Source: a virus. From it: a stretch of DNA of 64,000 nt. The DNA is taken from the IMG/VR virus record IMGVR_UViG_3300021961_000021; one strand, given 5' to 3'. Made by a program: the position numbers and the translations under genes. Shown here in pieces: positions 19,850 through 28,290 of the stretch. Below the pieces are notes generated by a model that ran no database searches, was not told where the DNA came from, and was given only the letters and a program-made list of their open reading frames with translations. Positions within the stretch are counted from its first letter, which is position 1; each line of letters opens with the position of its first letter.

Positions 19850-21175
19850 TTACCATCCTGCTGCGAAGTGTTGTTGGAGTCTGAGTCTACCACCCAGATC
19901 AGGTGCCGAAATCGGACCACCGAACGACACACCCAGTGTGCCTACGTTTTCTGTTGAGAGCAGAGTTGCATCTGCATCGGGGAAACTAATTGTTCTAGTA
20001 CCAGAAAGGTTACCGAGATCAAGAACAACTTGCTTTTGATCATCAACTTCATCAATTAGTTTAAGTGCAACAATAGACTTGTTGTAAAGAACTTGTGTAG
20101 CTCTTGTTGTTACAAGTGTATTTGTTGCAAGTATACTTGTATTTAGGTTCTGCGAAGGGAACGCAAATTTCAAAGTTGATGCGCCAGGGACCAGCGACAT
20201 ATCAATGAAAACTCTTGCGGTTGTATCGTCACCATAAACAAAGTATGGATCCGCATAGTTTTTGTTGGTGAATGTCTGAGTAGAGTCAACACCAGCAACC
20301 GTCAGAGACTGGTCAGGGAAACTAACAACACGATCAGTTGTTAGTGGTGATGCATCAAGAGTTACTCTAGGAGTAGGATTGTTAGGATCACCAGAAGCAA
20401 TATCGGAAACTGTAGGATTGATCAGGTTCTTGTTGCTTACATCCTGCTCTGTAATAGTATCAATCAGAGTTGATTGTGATGCTGTAGTTCCATAGTCAGG
20501 AAGACGATAGATGTGAACTACAGGTGATTCCCAAGCGTCAGTTTCAAATCTGGCAACCTTACCGCTGTCAGAAGAACCAATGATTTGCAAGTTATTATCT
20601 TGAATGATAATAGTCTTGTTCGTGATTGTCTGAGCAGTATCGTTACCAATCAGTGTTGTAGAAGTAAACGTTCCTGTACTAGGAAGTGCGAATGTACGAA
20701 TACCAGCACCTGTAGATACACCAGAGACTTCAAACTTTGCTCGTTTGTCTGGGTTCTGGTCATCTGCAATGAAAAAGTTCGTATCAATCAGTTCTGTGGG
20801 ACCATTTACAAGGAACTTACCAGAACCTTGAGGTCTCAAATCAATGTTAACGTTTGATGATACAGTATCACCAGCAATCAATCTAATCGTAGCCGATCCG
20901 TCAGCATTGTTTTGCTTTCTATAGTACATCGATGATGTACCAAAGGCAAGACCAATTTCATTATAAGCATTCTGGTAAAGACCAGTATCTCTGTCTAGGT
21001 CAAAAGCCAGACCAGGAGCGGATTGTGACCCAGAAGCAACACCCTTAAACAGTTGGTTGATTCTTGCTTTTCTGTTAGGAATCAGTGGGTCAGAAATGAC
21101 TACAGGAAGAATTGCTTCCCCTGTTAACACTTCATCCGCCAGAGTATCTAATTGTGAAATTCTTTTTGTTCCCAC
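19850..21175 (-). CDS. virion structural protein (441 aa)
   Basis: APGLAFDLDRDTGLYQ fibre motif, repeated TQTFTNK units; TATAAATA at 21204-21211. Confidence 0.75.
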   Translation of the reverse strand: MGTKRISQLDTLADEVLTGEAILPVVISDPLIPNRKARINQLFKGVASGSQSAPGLAFDLDRDTGLYQNAYNEIGLAFGTSSMYYRKQNNADGSATIRLIAGDTVSSNVNIDLRPQGSGKFLVNGPTELIDTNFFIADDQNPDKRAKFEVSGVSTGAGIRTFALPSTGTFTSTTLIGNDTAQTITNKTIIIQDNNLQIIGSSDSGKVARFETDAWESPVVHIYRLPDYGTTASQSTLIDTITEQDVSNKNLINPTVSDIASGDPNNPTPRVTLDASPLTTDRVVSFPDQSLTVAGVDSTQTFTNKNYADPYFVYGDDTTARVFIDMSLVPGASTLKFAFPSQNLNTSILATNTLVTTRATQVLYNKSIVALKLIDEVDDQKQVVLDLGNLSGTRTISFPDADATLLSTENVGTLGVSFGGPISAPDLGGRLRLQQHFAAGW

Positions 21176-21203
21176 GTAACTCAGGCGCGTTATTCTACAA
21201 CTT

Positions 21204-21211
21204 TATTTATA
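21204..21211 (-). promoter_or_regulatory. T4-type late promoter TATAAATA
   Basis: Exact motif upstream of the structural block. Confidence 0.75.
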
Positions 21212-21368
21212 CAGTTGTGTTAGTAGGGGATGGATAATCATCATCTGGATACAGTTCGTTATACCTTAGGAATCGACGTTTGTTTGGTTCGACTCCTAAG
21301 GCAGCACAGGCATCCAAATAATCTTCCCACATTCTATCGAGATACTTTGGAATATCATCAGATGTCAA
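21207..21368 (-). CDS. hypothetical 53-aa protein (TTG start)
   Basis: Manual translation; GAGG SD; fills the gap. Confidence 0.5.
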   Translation of the reverse strand: MTSDDIPKYLDRMWEDYLDACAALGVEPNKRRFLRYNELYPDDDYPSPTNTTV

Positions 21369-21573
21369 GGTTTACCTCTCTATTTCCTTTCAAAAGTGAC
21401 ATTGTACTCACAGACTTATCACGATACTTACTAAAATAATCGACTGACTCTTGCACTGCCTTTACAATATCATCATAAAGTGCTTTACCACTGATTTCCT
21501 CATCACTGATGTAATCAAAAATCACATCATTCAGACGCTCATAACGTGCTTCATTGTATTCAGGAATTGCCAT
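21358..21573 (-). CDS. hypothetical protein
   Basis: ORF track. Confidence 0.65.
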   Translation of the reverse strand: MAIPEYNEARYERLNDVIFDYISDEEISGKALYDDIVKAVQESVDYFSKYRDKSVSTMSLLKGNREVNLDI

Positions 21574-22150
21574 AAGTACCCTCCTTGAGAAGTTGAATGT
21601 GCCTTTCTAAACCAGATTTGATCCTTTCATCTGTATTAGAATGGATAAAGGATTGGATATAATCAATTTTATATTGTCGATACACCTTACCTGCCGTATC
21701 CAAATCAGTATAACGACCCAAATAAGTATTTGTTCCGTTTACTTTACAAAAAACATTATACTTCCCCTTGCGAAAATTAACTCCAATCACACCAGTATTA
21801 GACCTATCTGCTTTACGTTGATTCAACAATGAGTTCAAACTTTTATCAACGAAAACACAAGTTTCTGGAGAGTAAACTTTATTACCAGGAAAGATGATAT
21901 CCTTATCAAGTTCTTTACCAGAAACATCACCCTGAGTATAAAACCAATCTCGGAAATTGGAATAGGTCAACCATTCATCACACACTACACATCCTTCATA
22001 AGTAGGATTTCGTTCCACCCATTCTGGAGAATAGCAACGACGTAGCATCATTTTCCAACGGTAATATGCTGGATCCACTTGACCTGGCGAGGTTCTAGTC
22101 CCACCAGTAATGTCCATTACTCCGATTCCGTATACGAGTTTGGTTTTCAT
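21560..22150 (-). CDS. free-standing HNH-type homing endonuclease-like protein with AP2-like C-terminus
   Basis: YYRWKMMLRRCY...VCDEWLTYSNFRDW...LDKDII..GNKVYSPETCVFV; GVNFRKGKY...YLGRY. Confidence 0.7.
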   Translation of the reverse strand: MKTKLVYGIGVMDITGGTRTSPGQVDPAYYRWKMMLRRCYSPEWVERNPTYEGCVVCDEWLTYSNFRDWFYTQGDVSGKELDKDIIFPGNKVYSPETCVFVDKSLNSLLNQRKADRSNTGVIGVNFRKGKYNVFCKVNGTNTYLGRYTDLDTAGKVYRQYKIDYIQSFIHSNTDERIKSGLERHIQLLKEGTYGNS

Positions 22151-22163
22151 TTCATTTAGTGTG

Positions 22164-22382
22164 TTAGTTGTTTTCGTGTTTTTGTGTCATATCATCGAGT
22201 TTATCCAGAATATCATCAAACGAGATGAGATTCTCCAACTCAAAGATCATTTTGGATATTGTGGTACATACCACAGGGCGCTCTTGGCGAGCAGCAAATG
22301 CCAGAGCATTACGAAGTGATTGACCTGCCTCATTGAGAGAAGATACAACAGACTCAGAAAGTGCCATAATGTTTGATTTCAA
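22164..22382 (-). CDS. hypothetical protein
   Basis: ORF track; sigma70-like promoters upstream. Confidence 0.65.
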   Translation of the reverse strand: MKSNIMALSESVVSSLNEAGQSLRNALAFAARQERPVVCTTISKMIFELENLISFDDILDKLDDMTQKHENN

Positions 22383-22387
22383 GGAAT

Positions 22388-22416
22388 AGTTTAGATTGGT
22401 TAGGGGGATCCGTCAA
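22388..22416 (-). promoter_or_regulatory. sigma70-like promoter TTGACG-17-TAAACT
   Basis: Motif and spacing read directly; -35 lies in the loop of a G/C inverted repeat. Confidence 0.55.
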
Positions 22417-22450
22417 GACCCCCCACGACTTCCTTCACACGGACATACTA

Positions 22451-22478
22451 ATTATAGCACATCATTCTGGGGGTGCAA
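22451..22478 (-). promoter_or_regulatory. sigma70-like promoter TTGCAC-16-TATAAT with extended -10 TG
   Basis: Motif read directly. Confidence 0.5.
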
Positions 22479-22635
22479 TCTGCATCAGATACTCAACGGT
22501 GTTAGCGACATCTTCCATTGCATCACGGAGAAAAGGTCGCTGACCAGATTCCATCCTGACTATTGGACGACTATTATCCGTGAGTGTCCACCTCCATTGC
22601 TTCATTTCAGTGCAATACCATAGGTTGATTTTCAT
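22462..22635 (-). CDS. hypothetical 57-aa protein (MKINLWYCTEMKQWRWTL...)
   Basis: Manual translation; fills the gap after rimK. Confidence 0.65.
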   Translation of the reverse strand: MKINLWYCTEMKQWRWTLTDNSRPIVRMESGQRPFLRDAMEDVANTVEYLMQIAPPE

Positions 22636-22640
22636 ATCAA

Positions 22641-23534
22641 TTAAGAATTCGTAGAACGCATTTTAGCATAAGAAAAAACTTTGCTTGGAATGTTTACCCC
22701 GAGTGCTTTTTCAAAACCTTGGAATCCAGGAGCAGAGTTCGCTTCACAGATTTTATACCCATCTGGGTGAAAAAGCAAATCGACACCAGCAATGTCAAGA
22801 TCCAAAGTGTTTGCTACTCGGATGGAAAGCATTTCCAATTCTTCATCTAGTGGGTATTCAGTGCCTTCTCCACCACGGGAGATGTTTGCCTTGAATGATC
22901 CATCGGTACTCTGGCGAAGCATAGCACCAACGACCCGCCCACCAATAACGATAACGCGAAGATCACGTCCCTCCGAATGCTGTACATACTCTTGCACGAT
23001 CATACTGTTCTTGTAGTCTAGCGAAGAAATCAATTCTGACAAGTCCTCAAATTTCTTGGCATCCTCACACAAGTAGACCCCAGCACCATAAGATCCAGTC
23101 ACAACTTTAATAACGCAGGGGAATCCAACGTTTTTTGCGACTAAATCCGACTTGCAAGGAAAACGAGTGAGCATTGTCTTGGGGATAGGAAGACCTGCCT
23201 GTGCCAAAATCTGATTTGCATACATCTTGTCTTTAGATGCAATTATCGAATCAGAATTTGGAAGAGTAGGAACATTCAATCGTTCAAATTGTCTGAGAAC
23301 AGAGAGATTAAAATGCCCAGTACCACTACCAGTACGAGCAAGTACAATGTCAGGGAGACTGACAATATCATTGCGAAAGCGAATGGATTTACGGTCATCT
23401 CTTGATACGATTAGATCGATTTCATCGGAATAAACAACTTCAAAATCTATATTATCGACTTGTGCTTCTTCACGAAATCTCGTCATCTCATAAGAATCGG
23501 CACCCCTACGATTACCGAGCATCCAAATTTTCAT
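22641..23534 (-). CDS. rimK: RimK-family ATP-grasp alpha-L-glutamate ligase
   Basis: DKMYANQILAQAGLPIPKT, VIKVVTGSYGAGV, QEYV..GRDLRVIVIGG, FKANISRGG, GVDLL, CEANSAPGF. Confidence 0.9.
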   Translation of the reverse strand: MKIWMLGNRRGADSYEMTRFREEAQVDNIDFEVVYSDEIDLIVSRDDRKSIRFRNDIVSLPDIVLARTGSGTGHFNLSVLRQFERLNVPTLPNSDSIIASKDKMYANQILAQAGLPIPKTMLTRFPCKSDLVAKNVGFPCVIKVVTGSYGAGVYLCEDAKKFEDLSELISSLDYKNSMIVQEYVQHSEGRDLRVIVIGGRVVGAMLRQSTDGSFKANISRGGEGTEYPLDEELEMLSIRVANTLDLDIAGVDLLFHPDGYKICEANSAPGFQGFEKALGVNIPSKVFSYAKMRSTNS

Positions 23535-23553
23535 ATTTTCGCCAAAATAAAAG

Positions 23554-23625
23554 TGGGAAATGGTGGATTTGAACCACCGACCTCACGATTATCAGTCGTG
23601 TGCTCTACCCCTAAGCTAATTTCCC
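23554..23625 (-). tRNA. trnI: tRNA-Ile(GAT)
   Basis: Cloverleaf GGGAAAT...CTGATAA...GGTTCAAATCC; CCA not encoded. Confidence 0.92.
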
Positions 23626-23673
23626 AATGGGGAGGGGAAGCACTTCTCTATCCACCGAGCGTTACTTCCCCAG

Positions 23674-23746
23674 TGGAGAATAGCGGACTCGAACCGCTGA
23701 CATCCTGCTTGCAAAGCAGGCGCTCTACCAACTGAGCTAATTCCCC
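23674..23746 (-). tRNA. trnA: tRNA-Ala(TGC)
   Basis: Cloverleaf, TTTGCAA loop, G3:U70 pair. Confidence 0.95.
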
Positions 23747-23885
23747 TGGCGGCCCTTTTGTTAAAGGGGTAGAGCCGAACCCCTGTCGGGACTAGAGTGT
23801 GGACCCCTCTTCCCTTACGACGCTACGGACGACACCCGTAGTAGAAGTTGATCTCCTTCTATGCTATCTGCATAACGAGTATCAA
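23747..23885 (-). ncRNA. candidate structured RNA between tRNA-Thr and tRNA-Ala (four hairpins, H-type pseudoknot, 3' GCCA)
   Basis: Stems read by eye: TATGC/GCATA, TAGAAG/CTTCTA, CTACGG/CCGTAG, GGGA-AGAG/CTCT-TCCC, AGGGGT/ACCCCT with GGCTCT/AGGGCC. Confidence 0.55.
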
Positions 23886-23959
23886 AGCCCACGGTCGGAC
23901 TTGAACCGACGACCTACGGTTTACAAAACCGTTGCTCTATCCAGCTGAGCTACGGAGGC
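23886..23959 (-). tRNA. trnT: tRNA-Thr(TGT)
   Basis: Cloverleaf, TTTGTAA loop. Confidence 0.95.
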
Positions 23960-24140
23960 GTTCTTCTTTGGACAACTTGAAGTATAAAGTATAATACCGT
24001 TTCTTCATTTCGTCAATAGTATTCATATCTTCCTCAAATCCTAAGTATTTAAGAAATGAATATGATCCTTCCAATTCACTTAGAAGTCGGCATACGTTTA
24101 TGGATGATAATTCGTGACCACCAAAAATGTATTTATTCAA
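23937..24140 (-). CDS. hypothetical protein; stop lies inside tRNA-Thr
   Basis: ORF track. Confidence 0.65.
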   Translation of the reverse strand: MNKYIFGGHELSSINVCRLLSELEGSYSFLKYLGFEEDMNTIDEMKKRYYTLYFKLSKEERLRSSAG

Positions 24141-24391
24141 AACGGTAGTTCCTCATCACAGGTCACTTCTTCAAGTTCAAAGATTATAGGATGACATTGC
24201 TCAGAAATCAAATATGAACTAGATCTGAGCAAGTCTTCAATTGAAAGATAGTCTTGAGACATAGCATATTCTACCATATCTTGAGTATACTCTTCAATCT
24301 CATCAAAAGTAAATGGCAGACCATTTAAGTAATAAATCCTTGCAAGACCTACTTTGGTAAGATAACGGAACTCGGAATAGATTCTGTACAT
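24137..24391 (-). CDS. hypothetical protein
   Basis: ORF track. Confidence 0.7.
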   Translation of the reverse strand: MYRIYSEFRYLTKVGLARIYYLNGLPFTFDEIEEYTQDMVEYAMSQDYLSIEDLLRSSSYLISEQCHPIIFELEEVTCDEELPF

Positions 24392-24822
24392 CGAATAAAA
24401 CTGAATGGTCCTTTCTTTGATCCCCAGAGCAAGGTTCCGTCTTTATCCCATCCCTTGTCACTGGTTTCAAATAATTCCTCAGTAAGTTTAAATGTACCTT
24501 CTACTCGTCTACCTTTATGATCAATCCATCCTTTTTCGGTTTCACCAGTGAAACCAAATTCCGACTCTGTAAAGATTGAGTCTCCCATCCTTGTTTCACC
24601 ATCATAAGTCTCTAGAAGAATCTTTCCAGATTCCGATCTAACTTTATGCTGACGATGACGATAGACTTCCTTGTTCCAGTCATACCATTGTCTAGACTTT
24701 AGAACACCATCTTCCCAATACCAATGGTAATGAACATAAGCAAAGGAAGATGGGTACATTTGTGCTTGTTTTAAATTGTGCCAGTGATGTACTAAAAGGT
24801 TGAGAAAACGTTCCTGATCCAT
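24349..24822 (-). CDS. cpeT: CpeT/CpcT-like (T-type) phycobiliprotein lyase
   Basis: HWHNLKQAQMYPSSFAYV...YRHR...SDKGWD..GTLLWGSKKGPFSF pattern. Confidence 0.75.
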   Translation of the reverse strand: MDQERFLNLLVHHWHNLKQAQMYPSSFAYVHYHWYWEDGVLKSRQWYDWNKEVYRHRQHKVRSESGKILLETYDGETRMGDSIFTESEFGFTGETEKGWIDHKGRRVEGTFKLTEELFETSDKGWDKDGTLLWGSKKGPFSFIRCTESIPSSVILPK

Positions 24823-24837
24823 AGATGTAATTATATA

Positions 24838-25152
24838 TCAGAAATCCTTGGTCAGTTCTTCCAGTGTATCATTGACGTAACCCTGAACTTCTCGATCAGA
24901 AGGCAACGTGACTCCAGGAATAGGCGGGGGTGGTTGCATAGGAGCATACTGTGCTGCTTTCTGTGATTCAAGCAGTTCAAGATCTGCCTGATCAATTCCT
25001 GCAGGTTTACCAACTGGTGCCATAATCACATTACCATTCTCGCTTTGAATCAAGAATGTGTAACCACGTTCAACCAGATCCAAACAGAAGTCAAAGTTCT
25101 TTTCGACTTCCTCTACTGTAACTTTAATAAATGTATTCATAGTAAGTAACAA
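24838..25152 (-). CDS. hypothetical protein with Phd/YefM-like N-terminus
   Basis: VTVEEVEKNFDFCLDLVERGYTFLI..GNVIMAP pattern. Confidence 0.55.
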   Translation of the reverse strand: MLLTMNTFIKVTVEEVEKNFDFCLDLVERGYTFLIQSENGNVIMAPVGKPAGIDQADLELLESQKAAQYAPMQPPPPIPGVTLPSDREVQGYVNDTLEELTKDF

Positions 25153-25352
25153 CGTTGTTCAGCGGGAACAGATTCCTGAATAAGTTCCACAGTCTCGTGA
25201 AACCCTTCAGCACCCTCTTCATCCCATTTCCATTGAACGGTTTCAATCCGTCCCTCATTATCTTGAATTTTTACGGTACGCTTGGGGAAATCGATCCAGA
25301 CGTAATCCAGGTAGGTATCCATTGGGGACAGTGGTGTGTACCCCAGAATCAT
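25137..25352 (-). CDS. hypothetical protein
   Basis: ORF track. Confidence 0.7.
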   Translation of the reverse strand: MILGYTPLSPMDTYLDYVWIDFPKRTVKIQDNEGRIETVQWKWDEEGAEGFHETVELIQESVPAEQRCYLL

Positions 25353-25361
25353 AGCACAGGA

Positions 25362-27794
25362 TCAGTTCAGCAGCAAGGGCAGACCATAGATTTGGCAAGG
25401 ACCGACAGAGCATCCCATCGACATAATACCAGTACCAACTGAGTATGATGCTGCACCAGAGGTAACTTGGTTAACGATAGCACCGCCACCACCTGTTACA
25501 AACTCACCAATACCACCAGATGCACAAGTAACCAGTGTACCGTGACCACCAGTTGCACCAGTAACAATATCAACAATACCGCCAGGTTGAGCAGCGGAAA
25601 CTGTCATACGAACCTGAGTAGCAGGAAGGGCAGAACCAAGACCTTCGGAGGTAAGAGTGACATCTGCACCTTTAATGATTGACAGACGACCAGAAATACC
25701 AGGAAGAGGATTCAGCATACCAATCATATTAAACACTACGTTGTTTACCAGATTGGTTTGCCAGGCACACTCATTCACAATCTCACCAGAAATTGAATTC
25801 ATCAGAGACGTTGCCTTGACGGACATTGAACTTGCGTTCAGGTCAAGTGAGTTGATCGCAGAAAGAGTAACGTTTGCTGCTTGAATACCCCAGTTACCTT
25901 GATAGTTGATCTCGTGGTCTGCTGCAATTGTTTGTGCAGACTTTGCCTGCTTATCTCCAGGTTGTGTACCATCCTTACCCTGTACACCAACACCATTGGA
26001 GCAATGCTCATTTTTTGCCCCAAGAACTTCCAGGTTAAAGTCACCCATAACCTTGAGAGTATAATCACCCTCAATAGTTACGCAATGATTACCTTTAACT
26101 GTGGTGCACTTATCACCACCAACGATCTTGGTCTCATTCCCAGGTTGGTTATAATGGGTATCACCTTGTGCTGTTGAAATCTTCGTCTGCCCACCAGCAT
26201 CTGTAACAATGGTCTTCTCTTTACCAGGATTATTATCCTGAATAACTGAAGCACCATTCATAAATGTGGTAACTTGCATCATACTCGGCAGCAAGTTCTG
26301 ATACAGAGATGATATGTAATCACCTTGTGGAATTACATTCCCAGCATTAATCTCAATCTTCCTCTGCATAAACTCTGGCACTGTGGCACAGTCAGATGCC
26401 CCTAGAAGTGGTAACCAGAATGTTAGTTTTGGTCCTCGTATTTTCCTTCCACAATCCTTCTTCGGTAAGAGTGCCTTGAGAAGGTTGATGATCAAGGTAA
26501 CAAGATTACCCCAATTAATCTTAGAGAAATCAAATTGGAAAAGGGTATCCATTGCCTTACCCATTTCCTTGAACTGCCCTGCTACATTCTTAACGACCTT
26601 GATAGCAGCAAGCAGTGTGCGACCCAGTTGCATTACCTGCTGAATACCCTTCTGCACTTTCTGGACAATAGCAGCAGTGGTTGTTTTTACCTGGGCGGGA
26701 ATAGCATCATATACTTTTTGTACGATGAAACTAGACATTTGCTGAGCAAATGCTGCTGTACTATTAAATGCATCTCGTACAAGACTAATAATCCACTGTC
26801 CCTCAAAACCACAGAACAAACTGAAGATGAAATCTGCCAATTGAAGAATGGCATTGATAATCCCCAGAGGAATGATATTAGTGATGAACTTTGTGATCGC
26901 AGAAATGATCTTCTCAATCTGTTTTGCAAGAACTTCCTTCATCCAGGACATAATGCCCGAAATACCATTCGCAATGAACAGGTTGATACCTTTGATCGCA
27001 TTCTTCAACAGTTTATTACTTACTTTCTTACCAGTGATCAGAGATACTAAATTTCCTGCAGGATCGGATCCAAGTCCAGCAGCAAACGTACCAACCTCAG
27101 TGAGCATTCTCTCCAGATCACGTTCAAATCCCTCTGCAGCAGGTCCCTGTGACCCGTCAGCGATGCCCTGTGCCTCTGTAGGGGGCACTTGAGGGTTTGA
27201 CGCATAGTTGCCAGGAACTGCCTGTGCAGCGGCAGGTAGAGCACCCCTATCAGTCGCCTCACCGCCTGATGGGTTTGCGGGAGCAGAACCAGTCTTATTA
27301 AATGGTGCTCCTCCAGGAACTTCTTTACCTGCAGCATCTTGTGCCTGTGTAGGAAGTTTCGGTGCTTCTGCAGCATCAGCAACAGTTGTCTTAGGAACAT
27401 CACTGTCGTTAGCATCACCACTGCCAGTCTTTTTGTCAGCAGCATTTCTAAATCCACGGAATGAACCAAGAACACAAGGAAGTTGTGCTTCTTCACCATC
27501 AAGGAAGAATCCAAGAACTTGTGCACCTACTTGAAGTTCGGTTGTAGTTCCAGTATTCTTAATTCCAGGTTGATCCGTAGGAAGTATGCAGATTGCCCAC
27601 GGAAGAGATTCTGTCGGAAGAGATGTTGTATATGCCTCTTTACCTCCAGCACCAGTATACCAACCGATGATTCGTACTTTTACTCTACCCAGTTGCTGAG
27701 GATCTTCGATCGATTCAACTTCACCTACCCACCAAGTGAAGCCATCACGACCCATTACATCAGATCTGCCAATAGTATTGATGGTCTCGGACAT
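25362..27794 (-). CDS. gp5: baseplate hub / cell-puncturing protein gp5
   Basis: GRDGFTWWVGEVE..DPQQLGRVKVRIIG OB-fold; C-terminal beta-helix repeats; late promoter upstream. Confidence 0.9.
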   Translation of the reverse strand: MSETINTIGRSDVMGRDGFTWWVGEVESIEDPQQLGRVKVRIIGWYTGAGGKEAYTTSLPTESLPWAICILPTDQPGIKNTGTTTELQVGAQVLGFFLDGEEAQLPCVLGSFRGFRNAADKKTGSGDANDSDVPKTTVADAAEAPKLPTQAQDAAGKEVPGGAPFNKTGSAPANPSGGEATDRGALPAAAQAVPGNYASNPQVPPTEAQGIADGSQGPAAEGFERDLERMLTEVGTFAAGLGSDPAGNLVSLITGKKVSNKLLKNAIKGINLFIANGISGIMSWMKEVLAKQIEKIISAITKFITNIIPLGIINAILQLADFIFSLFCGFEGQWIISLVRDAFNSTAAFAQQMSSFIVQKVYDAIPAQVKTTTAAIVQKVQKGIQQVMQLGRTLLAAIKVVKNVAGQFKEMGKAMDTLFQFDFSKINWGNLVTLIINLLKALLPKKDCGRKIRGPKLTFWLPLLGASDCATVPEFMQRKIEINAGNVIPQGDYISSLYQNLLPSMMQVTTFMNGASVIQDNNPGKEKTIVTDAGGQTKISTAQGDTHYNQPGNETKIVGGDKCTTVKGNHCVTIEGDYTLKVMGDFNLEVLGAKNEHCSNGVGVQGKDGTQPGDKQAKSAQTIAADHEINYQGNWGIQAANVTLSAINSLDLNASSMSVKATSLMNSISGEIVNECAWQTNLVNNVVFNMIGMLNPLPGISGRLSIIKGADVTLTSEGLGSALPATQVRMTVSAAQPGGIVDIVTGATGGHGTLVTCASGGIGEFVTGGGGAIVNQVTSGAASYSVGTGIMSMGCSVGPCQIYGLPLLLN

Positions 27795-27819
27795 TAATCA
27801 CGATAAAATCTAACAAATT

Positions 27820-27827
27820 TATTTATA
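27820..27827 (-). promoter_or_regulatory. T4-type late promoter TATAAATA
   Basis: Exact motif between tRNA-Val and gp5. Confidence 0.75.
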
Positions 27828-27899
27828 TGGGAGATACTGGGATCGAACCAGTGACTTATTGCTTGTAAGGCAATCGCTCTACCGCTGAGCTAATCTCCC
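27828..27899 (-). tRNA. trnV: tRNA-Val(TAC)
   Basis: Cloverleaf, CTTACAA loop. Confidence 0.95.
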
Positions 27900-28165
27900 G
27901 AATGTAAGATGCGATGGCAATTAGAACAAAGGCATACACATTTCTCAATCTCTTCGACTATACGCTGTGTAGCATAACCGTTTCTGACTAATTCAGATAC
28001 ACCTTTGTCCTTGGTAGAAGGATCGCTATGGTGAAAGTCCATAGCAGCAGGATGAAAGAAACCACACTTTACACAGGGAGTCATTTTACTCAGCATATAC
28101 TCCTTGTTTCGTGCTCTGCGTTTAGCAGAAGCTTCTTTATCCCTGATCTTTCTATCTGTTGCCAT
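27890..28165 (-). CDS. small HNH endonuclease
   Basis: CVKC...DFHH..P...CVCLCSNCHRILH. Confidence 0.85.
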   Translation of the reverse strand: MATDRKIRDKEASAKRRARNKEYMLSKMTPCVKCGFFHPAAMDFHHSDPSTKDKGVSELVRNGYATQRIVEEIEKCVCLCSNCHRILHSGD

Positions 28166-28170
28166 TGTTA

Positions 28171-28198
28171 ACTCAGCATATACACTGAGTTATTTATA
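28171..28198 (-). promoter_or_regulatory. late promoter TATAAATA followed by hairpin ACTCAG/CTGAGT over the HNH ribosome-binding region
   Basis: Motif and inverted repeat read directly. Confidence 0.6.
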
Positions 28199-28215
28199 AT
28201 GGAAAACCATTGAGT

Positions 28216-28290
<75 letters not shown>

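Noticed and set aside
23752-23785. Resemblance of the 3' pseudoknot to a preQ1-I riboswitch (GGUUC loop start, UUAACAAAA L3)
   Set aside because: The ligand-pairing C before the P1 3' strand is an A that can pair with U, and no downstream queuosine-related CDS exists; kept only as part of the structured RNA finding
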